Below are positions 5,941-16,456 of a stretch of 25,768 nucleotides of DNA, in pieces. The notes under the pieces are model-generated. The model saw only the letters and a program-made list of their open reading frames with translations. It searched no databases and was not told the DNA's origin. Origin of the DNA: a virus (Duplodnaviria; Caudoviricetes). The stretch is taken from positions 1 through 25,768 of the IMG/VR virus record IMGVR_UViG_3300032233_002160, one strand, 5' to 3'. The translations under genes were made by a program, and so were the position numbers. The stretch's first letter is position 1, and each line of letters opens with the position of its first letter.

Positions 5941-7428
5941 ATGAAATTTTTCAAACAACTGATGCTTGCACCTGTTGCTCTTGGAATGATTGCACCTGCC
6001 GCACAAGCAGCAGACATCAATCTTTCTTCGATTAATCAATATGCTTCGGCAGAACAGGTCACAAGTGTTACACAATTCTCTGATGTAAAACCTACTGATT
6101 GGGCATATCAGGCACTCAGCAACCTCGTAGAGCGTTATGGTTGTGTTGCAGGATACCCTAATGGTACTTTTGCAGGTGGGAAAGCAATGACTCGTTTTGA
6201 GGCAGCGGCACTTCTGAATGCCTGCCTTGAGCGTGTCACTGAAACAACTGATGAACTTCGCAAACTTCTTACCGAGTTCGATACAGAACTGACTGTTCTG
6301 ACTGCTCGTGTGGATGGTCTTGATAAGAAAGTTGGTCGTCTTCAGGCACAACAGTTCTCTACTACTACCAAACTGAAAGGTGAGGCAAGTATGGTTCTGG
6401 GTGGTGTTCCTGGACTTAAGACCACTACTGGTACTGAGTCTGGTAATACCGCATTCAATTATGACCTTCGTATCAACTTTGATACATCGTTCACTGGTAA
6501 GGATTTGCTCCGTACTCGTCTGCGTTCTGGTAACTTCTCCAGTCAACCTTTTGGTTCTTCTTCGTCACTGTTCAAACTTGACAAAGCAGAAACTTCACAA
6601 GGAACTGGTACTACTAGCAATGTCTGGTTGGATCGTCTGTACTACACCTTCCCTGTTGGTAAGAATGTAAAACTGACTGCTGGTCCTTTGGTTCGTAACA
6701 CTGAACTTGCTTGGATTCCTTCAGCATATAAGTCGGACATTCTTGACTTCTTCCAACTTGGTGGTGCATCTGGTGTCTATAACAAGGCAACTGGTGCTGG
6801 TTTTGGTGCTCAATACACTCAACCAGGAGCACAAGGTTTGGTTGCTAACTTGAACTATATTGCCGAAAATGGTAATGATAGTTCTACCGGTGCCTTTGAT
6901 TCCACTGGTAAACTGAACTTGCTTGCTCAGGTTGGTTATCGTGCTCCTCAGTTCGGTGTTGCCGTTGGTTACCGTTATGGTACTGAAGGTTCACGAGTTC
7001 GTACCTTCAATGCTCTTGGCGGTGGTTCTGGTGCTCTTACAAACGGTCAGGATTCCAACAGTGTAGCATTCAATGCTTACTGGCAACCCAAGACCTCTGG
7101 TATCGTTCCTTCAATCAGTTTTGGTTATGGGTATAATGGTGTGAATGGTGCTGGTGCAAGAACTGGTGCTACCAATTCACAATCTTGGTTCACTGGTCTT
7201 CAGTGGTCTGATGTGTTTGCTAAGGGTAATGCTGCTGGTATTGCTGTTGGACAACCTTCAAACTCTGAGAATGCTGCCAAGGCAACAATGCTTGAGTTCT
7301 TCTACAAGTATCAGGTTAGTGACAATATCTCAGTTACTCCTGCTATCTTCTATGCCTCGGACAATCAAGGTGATAAGACTGCTTCCTCTAACTGGGGTGG
7401 TGTAATTCAGACTACCTTCAAGTTCTGA
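5941..7428 (+). CDS. Cyanobacterial outer-membrane porin (Som/OprB type with SLH domain)
   Basis: Signal peptide; QVTSVTQFSDVKPTDWAYQAL..LVERYGCVAGYP SLH domain; FSTTTKLKGE; C-terminal TTFKF. Confidence 0.93.
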   Translation: MKFFKQLMLAPVALGMIAPAAQAADINLSSINQYASAEQVTSVTQFSDVKPTDWAYQALSNLVERYGCVAGYPNGTFAGGKAMTRFEAAALLNACLERVTETTDELRKLLTEFDTELTVLTARVDGLDKKVGRLQAQQFSTTTKLKGEASMVLGGVPGLKTTTGTESGNTAFNYDLRINFDTSFTGKDLLRTRLRSGNFSSQPFGSSSSLFKLDKAETSQGTGTTSNVWLDRLYYTFPVGKNVKLTAGPLVRNTELAWIPSAYKSDILDFFQLGGASGVYNKATGAGFGAQYTQPGAQGLVANLNYIAENGNDSSTGAFDSTGKLNLLAQVGYRAPQFGVAVGYRYGTEGSRVRTFNALGGGSGALTNGQDSNSVAFNAYWQPKTSGIVPSISFGYGYNGVNGAGARTGATNSQSWFTGLQWSDVFAKGNAAGIAVGQPSNSENAAKATMLEFFYKYQVSDNISVTPAIFYASDNQGDKTASSNWGGVIQTTFKF

Positions 7429-7431
7429 TAA

Positions 7432-8765
<1,334 letters not shown>

Positions 8766-8803
8766 TATTATATTAAACTTACATACGAAGTTATTCACAT
8801 TTT

Positions 8804-9769
8804 ATGAAACTCAAAACTTTTCTTGCTGTTGGTCTTGCTCTTGCACCGACCGCAGCATTTGCATCTCCTGTTCGTTTGAATATTGCAGGTGCTACATTCC
8901 CAGAAACAATCTATATGCGTTGGTTCTCTAATCTTGCTAAGGCAGGTGGTCCTAAAGTCAACTATCAGGCAACTGGTTCTGGTGCTGGTCGTAAAGCATT
9001 CATTGATGAAACAGTATCTCTTGGTGCGACTGATGATCCTATCAAGGATAAGGATCGTGCAAAAGTTTCCCGTGGTGTGGTGCAAATCCCTACCGTTGGT
9101 GGAACGATTGCAATTGCCTATAATAATCCTGCCTGCAAACTGAAACTGACTCAGAAGCAAGCAGTATCCGTCTTTATGGGTTCTATTGACACCTGGAAGG
9201 AACTTGGATGCCCTGGTGGTAAAATCATCACAGCATACCGTTCTGATGGTTCTGGAACCACTGCAGCATTCACCGAATCAATGCAGGCATTCTCTAATGA
9301 ATGGACTCTTGGAACTGGTAAATCAGTTCCCTGGAAAGTTGGTATCGGTGGTAAAGGTAATGATGGTGTTGCAGGTATTCTTGCAACAACTCCTGGTTCG
9401 ATTGGATATATTAACCAATCCTTTGTCAAAGGTAATCTGAAAGCTGCCGCAGTTCAGAACAAGTCTGGTGAGTTTGTTCTTCCCAGTTATGCTTCTGGTT
9501 CTAAGGCACTGAATGGTATTGTTCTGGATAAGAATCTTGCAGGACAAGACCCAAATCCTGCTTCTAAGGGTGCATATCCTATTGCTACCTTGACCTACCT
9601 ACTTGCTTATAAGACAGGTAATGGTGCTAAGACTGATGCTATCAAAGATGCTCTTAACTATATCTTGAGTGATAAGGCACAGGCACTTGCCGATGACCTT
9701 GGATATGTTCCTCTCAAGGATGCAATTCAAGCAAAAGCACAGGCTGCCGTGAACCAAATCAAGGAATGA
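8804..9769 (+). CDS. pstS: Phosphate ABC transporter substrate-binding protein
   Basis: Signal peptide; GATFP, VNYQATGSGAG, RSDGSGTT, GKGNDGV and AYPIAT motifs. Confidence 0.96.
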   Translation: MKLKTFLAVGLALAPTAAFASPVRLNIAGATFPETIYMRWFSNLAKAGGPKVNYQATGSGAGRKAFIDETVSLGATDDPIKDKDRAKVSRGVVQIPTVGGTIAIAYNNPACKLKLTQKQAVSVFMGSIDTWKELGCPGGKIITAYRSDGSGTTAAFTESMQAFSNEWTLGTGKSVPWKVGIGGKGNDGVAGILATTPGSIGYINQSFVKGNLKAAAVQNKSGEFVLPSYASGSKALNGIVLDKNLAGQDPNPASKGAYPIATLTYLLAYKTGNGAKTDAIKDALNYILSDKAQALADDLGYVPLKDAIQAKAQAAVNQIKE

Positions 9770-9774
9770 TACAT

Positions 9775-9802
9775 AGAGGGGGTTGACAAAACCCCCTTTT
9801 TT
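9775..9802 (+). terminator. Intrinsic terminator carrying a -35 box (PeSL-like)
   Basis: AGAGGGGGTT-GACAA-AACCCCCTTT followed by T residues. Confidence 0.8.
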
Positions 9803-9811
9803 GTGTATTAT
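9783..9811 (+). promoter_or_regulatory. sigma70 promoter
   Basis: TTGACA-17 nt-TATTAT. Confidence 0.7.
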
Positions 9812-9831
9812 AGTTTGGAGTTAAGATTTCT

Positions 9832-9987
9832 ATGTCTCTCATTTCACAGCAGGATAGAGTACTTGCAATTAAGGCTTTGGAGCATTATACATCTTCATTT
9901 AAGGATGTTATGACCGAAGCAGAAAGAGCAGAATCAAATGCTCTTCTTAACTGGATTAAACTTGAGTATAATAAGAATGAATATTAA
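9832..9987 (+). CDS. Hypothetical protein (51 aa, MSLISQQDRVLAIKALEHY...)
   Basis: Translated by hand; GGAG upstream; follows a promoter. Confidence 0.65.
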   Translation: MSLISQQDRVLAIKALEHYTSSFKDVMTEAERAESNALLNWIKLEYNKNEY

Positions 9988-10141
9988 ACTTTGGTATTGT
10001 GATTCAATGAAACAATGGCGTTGGACACTGACTGATTGTTCCCGTCCAATCATCAAACAAGAATCTGGACAAAGACCAGATTTGAGAGATGCTATGAATG
10101 ATATTGCAAATACTGTAGAGTATATGCTAAAATCTCATTGA
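9977..10141 (+). CDS. Hypothetical protein (54 aa, MNIKLWYCDSMKQWRWTL...)
   Basis: In-frame ATG 9977 overlaps the end of the previous ORF. Confidence 0.65.
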   Translation: MNIKLWYCDSMKQWRWTLTDCSRPIIKQESGQRPDLRDAMNDIANTVEYMLKSH

Positions 10142-10148
10142 TTTTATT

Positions 10149-10220
10149 GGGAGATTGGCGCAGTGGTAGCGCAGCTGCTTTACACGCAGACGGTCACTAG
10201 TTCGAATCTTGTATCTCCCA
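10149..10220 (+). tRNA. tRNA-Val(TAC)
   Basis: Acceptor GGGAGAT/ATCTCCC; anticodon arm CTGC-TTTACAC-GCAG; GTTCGAATC; one T-T mismatch in the T stem. Confidence 0.9.
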
Positions 10221-10222
10221 TT

Positions 10223-10230
10223 TATAAATA
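10223..10230 (+). promoter_or_regulatory. T4 late promoter
   Basis: Exact TATAAATA upstream of dps. Confidence 0.7.
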
Positions 10231-10248
10231 CTTGAAAAGTATTGTGTA

Positions 10249-10683
10249 ATGGAAAAACTTTATAAACTTCTAAGTGATACTCAGGCATCACTTTTTTTAT
10301 TATTCCAAAAAACCTGGGTCTATCACTGGCATATTGTCGGACCTGACTTTAAACAAATTCACGATTTGTTTGGTGGTCAATACGAAGCAATTCAAGAAGA
10401 AGTTGATCGTATCTCAGAACATATGAGATTTTTGGGAATCAAACCTATCAGTTCCTTATCTAGAGTTCTAGAAGTATCTGGAGTTGGAGAAGCAAAAACT
10501 AATATTTCTGAAATGGAAATGATTAAAGATTTGCTTGAGGGACATAAAAAGATTATAGATATGTTAGGTGAAGTTGCCGAAGAAGCAGAAGCACAAAAGT
10601 CAAGAGGAACTGTTAATCTTGTTGACGATTTAAACGAAGCACACGGTAAGTTTGTTTGGATGTTACGTTCATTTACTGAATAA
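10249..10683 (+). CDS. dps: Dps family ferritin-like protein
   Basis: KTWVYHWHIVGPDF..IHDLF, VDRISEH and C-terminal HGKFVWMLRS motifs. Confidence 0.9.
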   Translation: MEKLYKLLSDTQASLFLLFQKTWVYHWHIVGPDFKQIHDLFGGQYEAIQEEVDRISEHMRFLGIKPISSLSRVLEVSGVGEAKTNISEMEMIKDLLEGHKKIIDMLGEVAEEAEAQKSRGTVNLVDDLNEAHGKFVWMLRSFTE

Positions 10684-10703
10684 AAATTAACTTATAATGA
10701 CAA

Positions 10704-10961
10704 ATGGAAAATTTAAGAATCAGGTGCCGTTCCTGTAATAGGGAACTAGAGGGGCATCATAGTAAAGCAGTCTCTTGTGGTTGCTCAAATATGGCAACTA
10801 TTCGTGGAGATAAAATTTCAGCAGTTGACTTATCTAAGGTTATTATGCTAAACTCCATACATACCAAAGAAAAGTCGGGTGTTCTTACAGAAGAAGACCT
10901 TGCTTATCAGGAATCGAGGCGTCAACGTAAAGTAAGACGTTTAGATTTTGAAGTCCGTTGA
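10704..10961 (+). CDS. Hypothetical Zn-ribbon-like protein
   Basis: CRSC...CGC motif. Confidence 0.75.
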   Translation: MENLRIRCRSCNRELEGHHSKAVSCGCSNMATIRGDKISAVDLSKVIMLNSIHTKEKSGVLTEEDLAYQESRRQRKVRRLDFEVR

Positions 10962-10971
10962 GGACTTTTAT

Positions 10972-11054
10972 GGAAAGAGTCCGGTTGGTCGAGGACACCG
11001 CCTTGAAAGCGGCTGGGTATAAACACTTCGCAGGTTCGATTCCTGTTCTTTCCG
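10972..11054 (+). tRNA. tRNA-Ser(TGA)
   Basis: Acceptor GGAAAGA/TCTTTCC; anticodon arm CCGC-CTTGAAA-GCGG; long variable arm; GGTTCGATTCC. Confidence 0.93.
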
Positions 11055-11125
11055 TTACAATGAATACAAAACTCCAATCTCAAAATCTTTATAATACTAA
11101 TTAGTAACACTACGATACAAAATAA

Positions 11126-11275
11126 ATGGATTCTCACACCTTAAACAACTGGGTGAAGATTAAAGAAACATTTGAAAAGTCTGGAAATACAGATAATCAT
11201 TTTTATAAAAGAGCATGTGCTATAATTAAAACTGGTAAAGACCCATTAGAAAACTTTCTCAGTGGTAAGAAATGA
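11126..11275 (+). CDS. Hypothetical protein (49 aa, MDSHTLNNWVKIKETFEKSG...)
   Basis: Translated by hand; ATGA-coupled to the next ORF. Confidence 0.65.
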   Translation: MDSHTLNNWVKIKETFEKSGNTDNHFYKRACAIIKTGKDPLENFLSGKK

Positions 11276-11418
11276 GTGAAGAAGAAGTACAAAAAATGAT
11301 TGATGCTGCAATTGATAAGCATAACAAGACGGCAACACTAATCTCAGCATCCATCGGTTCGATTCTTCTGGGATTTTATGCTCACGGTCTGTTGGCGGTC
11401 ATTGACAGAGTGAGGTAG
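11272..11418 (+). CDS. Small membrane protein (48 aa, MSEEEVQKMIDAAIDKHN...)
   Basis: Translated by hand; hydrophobic C-terminal helix. Confidence 0.6.
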   Translation: MSEEEVQKMIDAAIDKHNKTATLISASIGSILLGFYAHGLLAVIDRVR

Positions 11419-11430
11419 TCGTGGTATTAT
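11402..11430 (+). promoter_or_regulatory. sigma70 promoter for tRNA-Pro
   Basis: TTGACA-17 nt-TATTAT. Confidence 0.7.
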
Positions 11431-11441
11431 AGATACATCAA

Positions 11442-11515
11442 CCGGGATTAGCGCAGCTTGGTAGCGCATCTGCTTTGGGAGCAGAGGGTCGTAGGTTCGA
11501 ATCCTACATCTCGGA
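11442..11515 (+). tRNA. tRNA-Pro(TGG)
   Basis: Acceptor CCGGGAT/ATCTCGG; anticodon arm TCTGC-TTTGGGA-GCAGA; GGTTCGAATCC. Confidence 0.95.
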
Positions 11516-11539
11516 TTGCCAGTTTCACGACTGGTACAC

Positions 11540-11568
11540 TTGACTTAAAGGTCAATTCATCCTATAAT
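11540..11568 (+). promoter_or_regulatory. sigma70 promoter
   Basis: TTGACT-17 nt-TATAAT. Confidence 0.7.
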
Positions 11569-11591
11569 TACTAGGCAAACAAATCAAAGCA

Positions 11592-11807
11592 ATGTCGGTT
11601 ACAATTAAATTTAAGAAAGACCTCCAAACTCTTAAATCTGCGGTTAATGGTGATTTTTATCTTGATGTAAAGAATCCGAAACTCTACAAAAAGATTCGTC
11701 GATATTATCAAAATGAGGGTGTAATGTTCTCTGAAGATCCTTTGGATAATTATGATATTCTCCTTGAGTGTATTGCCCAAGATCTTGAAACTTCCGAAGT
11801 TGCGTGA
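11592..11807 (+). CDS. Hypothetical protein
   Basis: ORF downstream of a promoter; overlaps the next gene. Confidence 0.75.
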   Translation: MSVTIKFKKDLQTLKSAVNGDFYLDVKNPKLYKKIRRYYQNEGVMFSEDPLDNYDILLECIAQDLETSEVA

Positions 11808-12058
11808 TGACAAAAGTTCTCCTTGAACGGGAAGGTTATCGTTTTGTTCAAAAAGGAATTATTGAACTTAACGGTATGCCCGATTATCGTCTACAGAAAC
11901 AGAACTATTACACTAAACACTGGAATGACATTTATTTGTTCGATAATTCTATGCAATGCACTACTGCAATGGAAGATTTGGAGTATGCGAAATGGTTAGA
12001 TCCTGATAGAGTTCCTTGTTATATGGATACTAATGATATTCTTGATTGGGATCAATAG
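11807..12058 (+). CDS. Hypothetical protein (start ATG 11807 or GTG 11804)
   Basis: ORF track; coupled to the upstream stop codon. Confidence 0.75.
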   Translation: MTKVLLEREGYRFVQKGIIELNGMPDYRLQKQNYYTKHWNDIYLFDNSMQCTTAMEDLEYAKWLDPDRVPCYMDTNDILDWDQ

Positions 12059-12245
12059 TCTCGGAAAGACTTAAAACCTGCCCTGGTCGGGAGCAACCCC
12101 TTCAGTCACGGAGAGACTTTAAAAGTACTGGTGGAGTCAAATATGACCCTATTGTTTTATTGCTTTTCTCAAAAGCAATTGGTGCGGGTGGGGAATACTG
12201 CCGCCTGGTTTCCAATTTCCAGTTAAAGAATTGGTGGCGTGCATG
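12057..12245 (+). ncRNA. Structured RNA, probably the manA RNA motif
   Basis: Non-coding block with AGTC/GACT hairpins, an ATTGCTTTT/AAAAGCAAT stem and a CTGG/CCAG + CCAATTT/GAATTGG pseudoknot, upstream of nucleotide-sugar genes. Family assigned from recall, not by search. Confidence 0.6.
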
Positions 12246-12256
12246 AAAGACCTAAG

Positions 12257-12284
12257 AGGAGAGTTGCATAAACTCTCCTTTTTT
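12257..12284 (+). terminator. Intrinsic terminator carrying a -35 box (PeSL-like)
   Basis: AGGAGAGTT-GCATA-AACTCTCCT followed by a T run. Confidence 0.8.
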
Positions 12285-12292
12285 GGTATAAT
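12264..12292 (+). promoter_or_regulatory. sigma70 promoter for the glycan locus
   Basis: TTGCAT-17 nt-TATAAT. Confidence 0.65.
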
Positions 12293-12312
12293 GGTATGAG
12301 ATACGTTATTAT

Positions 12313-13314
12313 ATGAAAGTTGCTTTAATTACTGGCATTACGGGTCAAGATGGATCTTACCTTGCGGAACTACTCCTAGAAAAGGGTTATGAAGTTCATG
12401 GTATTATTCGACGTAGTTCCTCTATCAATACTGATCGAATCGATCATATATATCAAAATATTAAGTTACATTACGGAGACTTAACAGACTCTACTAATAT
12501 AGTAAGAGTTATTCAAAAAGTCCAACCAGATGAAATTTATAATCTTGGTGCTCAGAGTCATGTCAAAGTATCCTTTGAAGTGCCTGAATACACTGCTGAT
12601 GTGGATGCTATGGGAACTCTCAGGGTTCTTGAAGCAGTTCGTCTCTTGGGCATGGAAGACCGTGTACGCATCTATCAGGCATCTACCAGTGAACTCTATG
12701 GACTAGTTCAGGAAACTCCACAGAGAGAGACCACTCCCTTCTACCCTCGTTCTCCTTATGGTGTAGCAAAACTCTACGGATACTGGATTACAAAGAACTA
12801 TCGTGAGGCATATGGAATGTATGCCTGCACTGGCATTCTTTTCAATCATGAAAGTCCCCGTCGTGGTGAGACATTTGTAACCCGTAAGATTACTCAGGCA
12901 CTTTCTAAGATTTCTGTAGGACTTCAAGATTGTTTGTATCTTGGCAATCTGAATGCCAGACGGGACTGGGGACATGCTAAGGATTTTGTGGGAGCAATGT
13001 GGTTAATGCTTCAGCAAGATGAACCTGATGATTATGTGATTGCTACTGGTGTTCAATATTCTGTAAAGGATTTTATTGAGGAAGCAGCACCTTATTTTGG
13101 TATGAAGATTGTATGGATGGGTGAAGGTTTGAATGAGATTGGATACGATTTGAATACTAAAAAAGAGGTCATTCGGGTCGATCCTAAATATTTTAGACCT
13201 GCTGAAGTTGAGACTTTGTTAGGTGATGCCTCTAAGGCAAAGGAAAAACTAGGTTGGGAACCTAAAATTTCATTTAAACAATTAGTTGAGGACATGTGTG
13301 TTTATGGGCAATAG
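12313..13314 (+). CDS. gmd: GDP-mannose 4,6-dehydratase
   Basis: [44 protein letters not shown] and RDWGHA motifs. Confidence 0.97.
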   Translation: MKVALITGITGQDGSYLAELLLEKGYEVHGIIRRSSSINTDRIDHIYQNIKLHYGDLTDSTNIVRVIQKVQPDEIYNLGAQSHVKVSFEVPEYTADVDAMGTLRVLEAVRLLGMEDRVRIYQASTSELYGLVQETPQRETTPFYPRSPYGVAKLYGYWITKNYREAYGMYACTGILFNHESPRRGETFVTRKITQALSKISVGLQDCLYLGNLNARRDWGHAKDFVGAMWLMLQQDEPDDYVIATGVQYSVKDFIEEAAPYFGMKIVWMGEGLNEIGYDLNTKKEVIRVDPKYFRPAEVETLLGDASKAKEKLGWEPKISFKQLVEDMCVYGQ

Positions 13315-13315
13315 T

Positions 13316-14554
13316 ATGTTTCATAAAATAGAAAAGTGTAGAGTCTGTGGAAATGAACATTATTCCACAGTTTTAGATTTGGGCAATCAATATCTTTCTG
13401 GGATTTTTCCTAAATCTATAGATCCTGATATGTATCGTGGACCCTTAAAACTTGTTAAGTGTGATGAACTAACAGGTGGATGTGGCCACGTTCAATTGGA
13501 ACATACCTTCGATCTCCCTACAATGTATGGGCAAGAATATGGGTATCGTTCTGGATTAAATGATAGTATGGTAAAACATCTTAGAGGCAAGTATGAAAAA
13601 ATTTCTAATTTTCTTGATCTAAAGGAAAATGACATTGTAATTGATATTGCTGGAAATGATGGCACATTTCTTGGGTTCTTTTCGTCAGAATTAAAATTAG
13701 TAAGTATTGATCCAACTTCTAAAAAGTTTTCAAAGTACTTCAAAGAACATGTAAATTATATTGCAGACTTTTTTAGTGAAAAAACCTTTAGAGAATTTTT
13801 TGCAACTTCTAATGCAAAGTTAGTAACTTCATTTTCAATGTTCTATGACTTGGAAGATCCTTGTCAGTTTGCTAAAGAGGTTAATTCTATTTTAGATCCT
13901 GAAGATGGTATTTGGGTTTTGGAGCAGAGTTATATGCCTGAGATGCTTCGTGCAAATTCTTTTGATACTGTATGTCATGAGCATCTATCATACTATGGAA
14001 TGAGGCAACTGAAATACATCATGGATCAGGCAGGATTAAAGATTATTGATTTTGAATTTAATGATGTAAATGGTGGAAGTATTTCACTTGTAGTTGCAAA
14101 TAAAGATAGTAAATATGAAGAAGCAACTCAAATGTTGAACGATCTTCTTCAAGAAGAATTGGACCTTAAACTTAATACTACCGAACCTTGGAATGATTTT
14201 TCTTTCCGTATTGAAGAATGTAAAATTAAGTTCTGGGAACTTATTAATGAGTGTAAAGAGGATGGATTAAAAATTGCTGCTCTTGGGGCCAGTACAAAGG
14301 GTAATGTAACAATTCAAACTTGGGGAGTTACTCCTGATGATATTAAAGTCGTTGGTGAAGTTAATCCTGATAAAGATGGATCATTTACACCTGGAACTTG
14401 GATTCCTATTAAAAATGAAGATTCTGTAATTGAAGAATATGATGTCTTTGTAATTCTTCCTTGGCACTTTAAAAATTTCTTTATTAACAGTCCAAAATTC
14501 AAAGGCAAAAAATTATTGTTCCCACTCCCAAATGCCGAAATTGTAATTCCTTGA
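13316..14554 (+). CDS. NDP-hexose C-methyltransferase (C3-methyltransferase family)
   Basis: N-terminal Zn site CRVCG...C...CGHVQL; SAM motif DIAGNDG; FDTVCHEHLSYY; GASTKG; LPWHF. Confidence 0.85.
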   Translation: MFHKIEKCRVCGNEHYSTVLDLGNQYLSGIFPKSIDPDMYRGPLKLVKCDELTGGCGHVQLEHTFDLPTMYGQEYGYRSGLNDSMVKHLRGKYEKISNFLDLKENDIVIDIAGNDGTFLGFFSSELKLVSIDPTSKKFSKYFKEHVNYIADFFSEKTFREFFATSNAKLVTSFSMFYDLEDPCQFAKEVNSILDPEDGIWVLEQSYMPEMLRANSFDTVCHEHLSYYGMRQLKYIMDQAGLKIIDFEFNDVNGGSISLVVANKDSKYEEATQMLNDLLQEELDLKLNTTEPWNDFSFRIEECKIKFWELINECKEDGLKIAALGASTKGNVTIQTWGVTPDDIKVVGEVNPDKDGSFTPGTWIPIKNEDSVIEEYDVFVILPWHFKNFFINSPKFKGKKLLFPLPNAEIVIP

Positions 14555-14558
14555 TATT

Positions 14559-15494
14559 ATGAAAAAAGACTCTAAAATATTTGTTGCAGGTCACAGAGGA
14601 CTTGTTGGATCTGCTATCGTGAGAAATTTAAAAGAAAATGAATATACAAATATTGTTACCAAAACTCGTCAAGAGTTGGATCTTTTAAATCAAAAGGATG
14701 TTCTTGATTTCTTTCAGGATGAAAAACCAGAGTATGTTTTTGATGCAGCTGCCCGTGTTGGTGGCATCTATGCAAATGACACATTCTCCGGAGATTTTAT
14801 CTATGAGAATATACAAATTCAAACCAATTTGATTAATAGTTCGTATCGATCTGGTGTAGAAAAGTTTTTATTTCTTGGATCTGTTTGCATCTATCCTAAG
14901 TTTGCTGAATTTCCTGTCAAGGAAGAATCTCTTCTTACTGGATATCTTGAACCAACTAATGATGCATATGCAGTTGCTAAGATTTCTGGGATTAAAATGC
15001 TCCAAGCATATCGTAAGCAATATGGATTTAAATCTGTATCACTTATGCCATCAAATCTTTATGGTCCTGGTGATAATTTTCATCCAGAAAATGGACACGT
15101 AATTCCATCAATGATGCAAAAATTTAGTAATTCGGATGGCAAATCTGTAACTTTTTGGGGTGATGGAACTCCAATGCGTGAGTTTCTTTATGCAGATGAT
15201 CTTGCAGATGCCTGCTTATTTGCAATGGAACATTTTGAAAATGCCGAACTTATTAATGTTGGTTCTGGTGAAAACGTAACGATTGAAAATCTTGCAAAGA
15301 CAATTGCTGGCATTGTGGGATATAATGGGGGCATTGAATGGGATACAGCACGCCCAAATGGAACTCCCAATCGTCCTCTAGATTATTCTAAAATGACTGA
15401 ACTTGGATGGAAACCAAAGCATAGTCTTCGTGAAGGGTTGAAAAAAACTTATCAATGGCTCATTGAAAATACTCATTATGATAGTTGTAAATGA
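14559..15494 (+). CDS. fcl: GDP-L-fucose synthase (epimerase/reductase)
   Basis: GHRGLVGSA, AARVGGI, LGSVCIYP, YAVAK, NLYGPGDNF..HVIP and GDGTPMREFL motifs. Confidence 0.95.
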   Translation: MKKDSKIFVAGHRGLVGSAIVRNLKENEYTNIVTKTRQELDLLNQKDVLDFFQDEKPEYVFDAAARVGGIYANDTFSGDFIYENIQIQTNLINSSYRSGVEKFLFLGSVCIYPKFAEFPVKEESLLTGYLEPTNDAYAVAKISGIKMLQAYRKQYGFKSVSLMPSNLYGPGDNFHPENGHVIPSMMQKFSNSDGKSVTFWGDGTPMREFLYADDLADACLFAMEHFENAELINVGSGENVTIENLAKTIAGIVGYNGGIEWDTARPNGTPNRPLDYSKMTELGWKPKHSLREGLKKTYQWLIENTHYDSCK

Positions 15495-16456
15495 AATATT
15501 CCAAAGTAATTATTTGGGGACATCCATTATATTCTCATACACATTCATATGTTCATGAAGCATATCATAGAGCATTTAAAAGTATGGGATATGATGTCTA
15601 TTGGTTTCATGATGATGATTATCCAGAAGACTTTGATTATACAAATTGTCTTTTTGTAGGTGAGGGATTTGCAGATAAAAAAATTCCTATCAATGACACA
15701 AGTTGTTATTTAATAATGTATTGCCCATCACCAATTAAATATCAAGGTGCTGGGAGGTATATTGATGTGAGGATGTCTGCAATTAATTTCAAAGATCATA
15801 TTCAAGAATATTCTCTAGATAAAAATACCGCAACTAAAATTGGTCCTGCCTGTTATTTTGTCCCCAAAACACTTGAAAAGGTTAAAGTTAAAAATGATTA
15901 TGTAGATTATGAAATGGACGATTATGATAAGGTATACATTGCTTGGGCAACAAATCTTCTTCCTGATGAATTTGAGGAAGAAGATATTTATTTAGAACGA
16001 GAAAATTCAATTTATTTCTTTGGGACTATTTCTGCTCATGGAATATGTGAAAACTACTCTAATTGGCAACCTTTTTTAAAGGCATGTAATGATAACCAAA
16101 TCAAATTTATTCACAATGATCCTTGGCAAAATCCTGTATCTATGTGTGATGTAATTGTCAATACACAAAAATCACTTTTAGGTATTGATATTCGTGGTCC
16201 AGAACATTTGAAACAAGAATTATTAACTTGTAGAGTATTTAAAAACATTAGTTATGGTCATTTAGGATTGACAAATTCAAAGGCATTATATGAAGAACTT
16301 GAAGGAAATTGTATTTACAATGAAAATGCCGAAGAGTTATTTTATGATGGTATTAAGAATAGAACGAATTATAAATTAATATCTGATGGCATGAAGTTTG
16401 TTCAGGAGAACCACACATACATAAATCGAGTAAACACTTTATTATCAATTCTATGA
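15491..16456 (+). CDS. Putative glycosyltransferase (GT-B-like C-terminus)
   Basis: CRVFKNISYG...HTYINRV resembles CgeB/GT1-like C-termini; lies within the glycan locus. Confidence 0.55.
   Translation: MKYSKVIIWGHPLYSHTHSYVHEAYHRAFKSMGYDVYWFHDDDYPEDFDYTNCLFVGEGFADKKIPINDTSCYLIMYCPSPIKYQGAGRYIDVRMSAINFKDHIQEYSLDKNTATKIGPACYFVPKTLEKVKVKNDYVDYEMDDYDKVYIAWATNLLPDEFEEEDIYLERENSIYFFGTISAHGICENYSNWQPFLKACNDNQIKFIHNDPWQNPVSMCDVIVNTQKSLLGIDIRGPEHLKQELLTCRVFKNISYGHLGLTNSKALYEELEGNCIYNENAEELFYDGIKNRTNYKLISDGMKFVQENHTYINRVNTLLSIL

Noticed and set aside
5902-6546. 214-aa antisense ORF, and similar antisense or off-frame ORFs over ahcY, pstS, gmd, fcl, the GTs and hli
   Set aside because: Shadow ORFs of well-supported genes, with no recognisable motifs or expression signals.
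12046-12246. 66-aa ORF from the track
   Set aside because: Coincides with the structured RNA, has no RBS and gives an unconvincing protein sequence.
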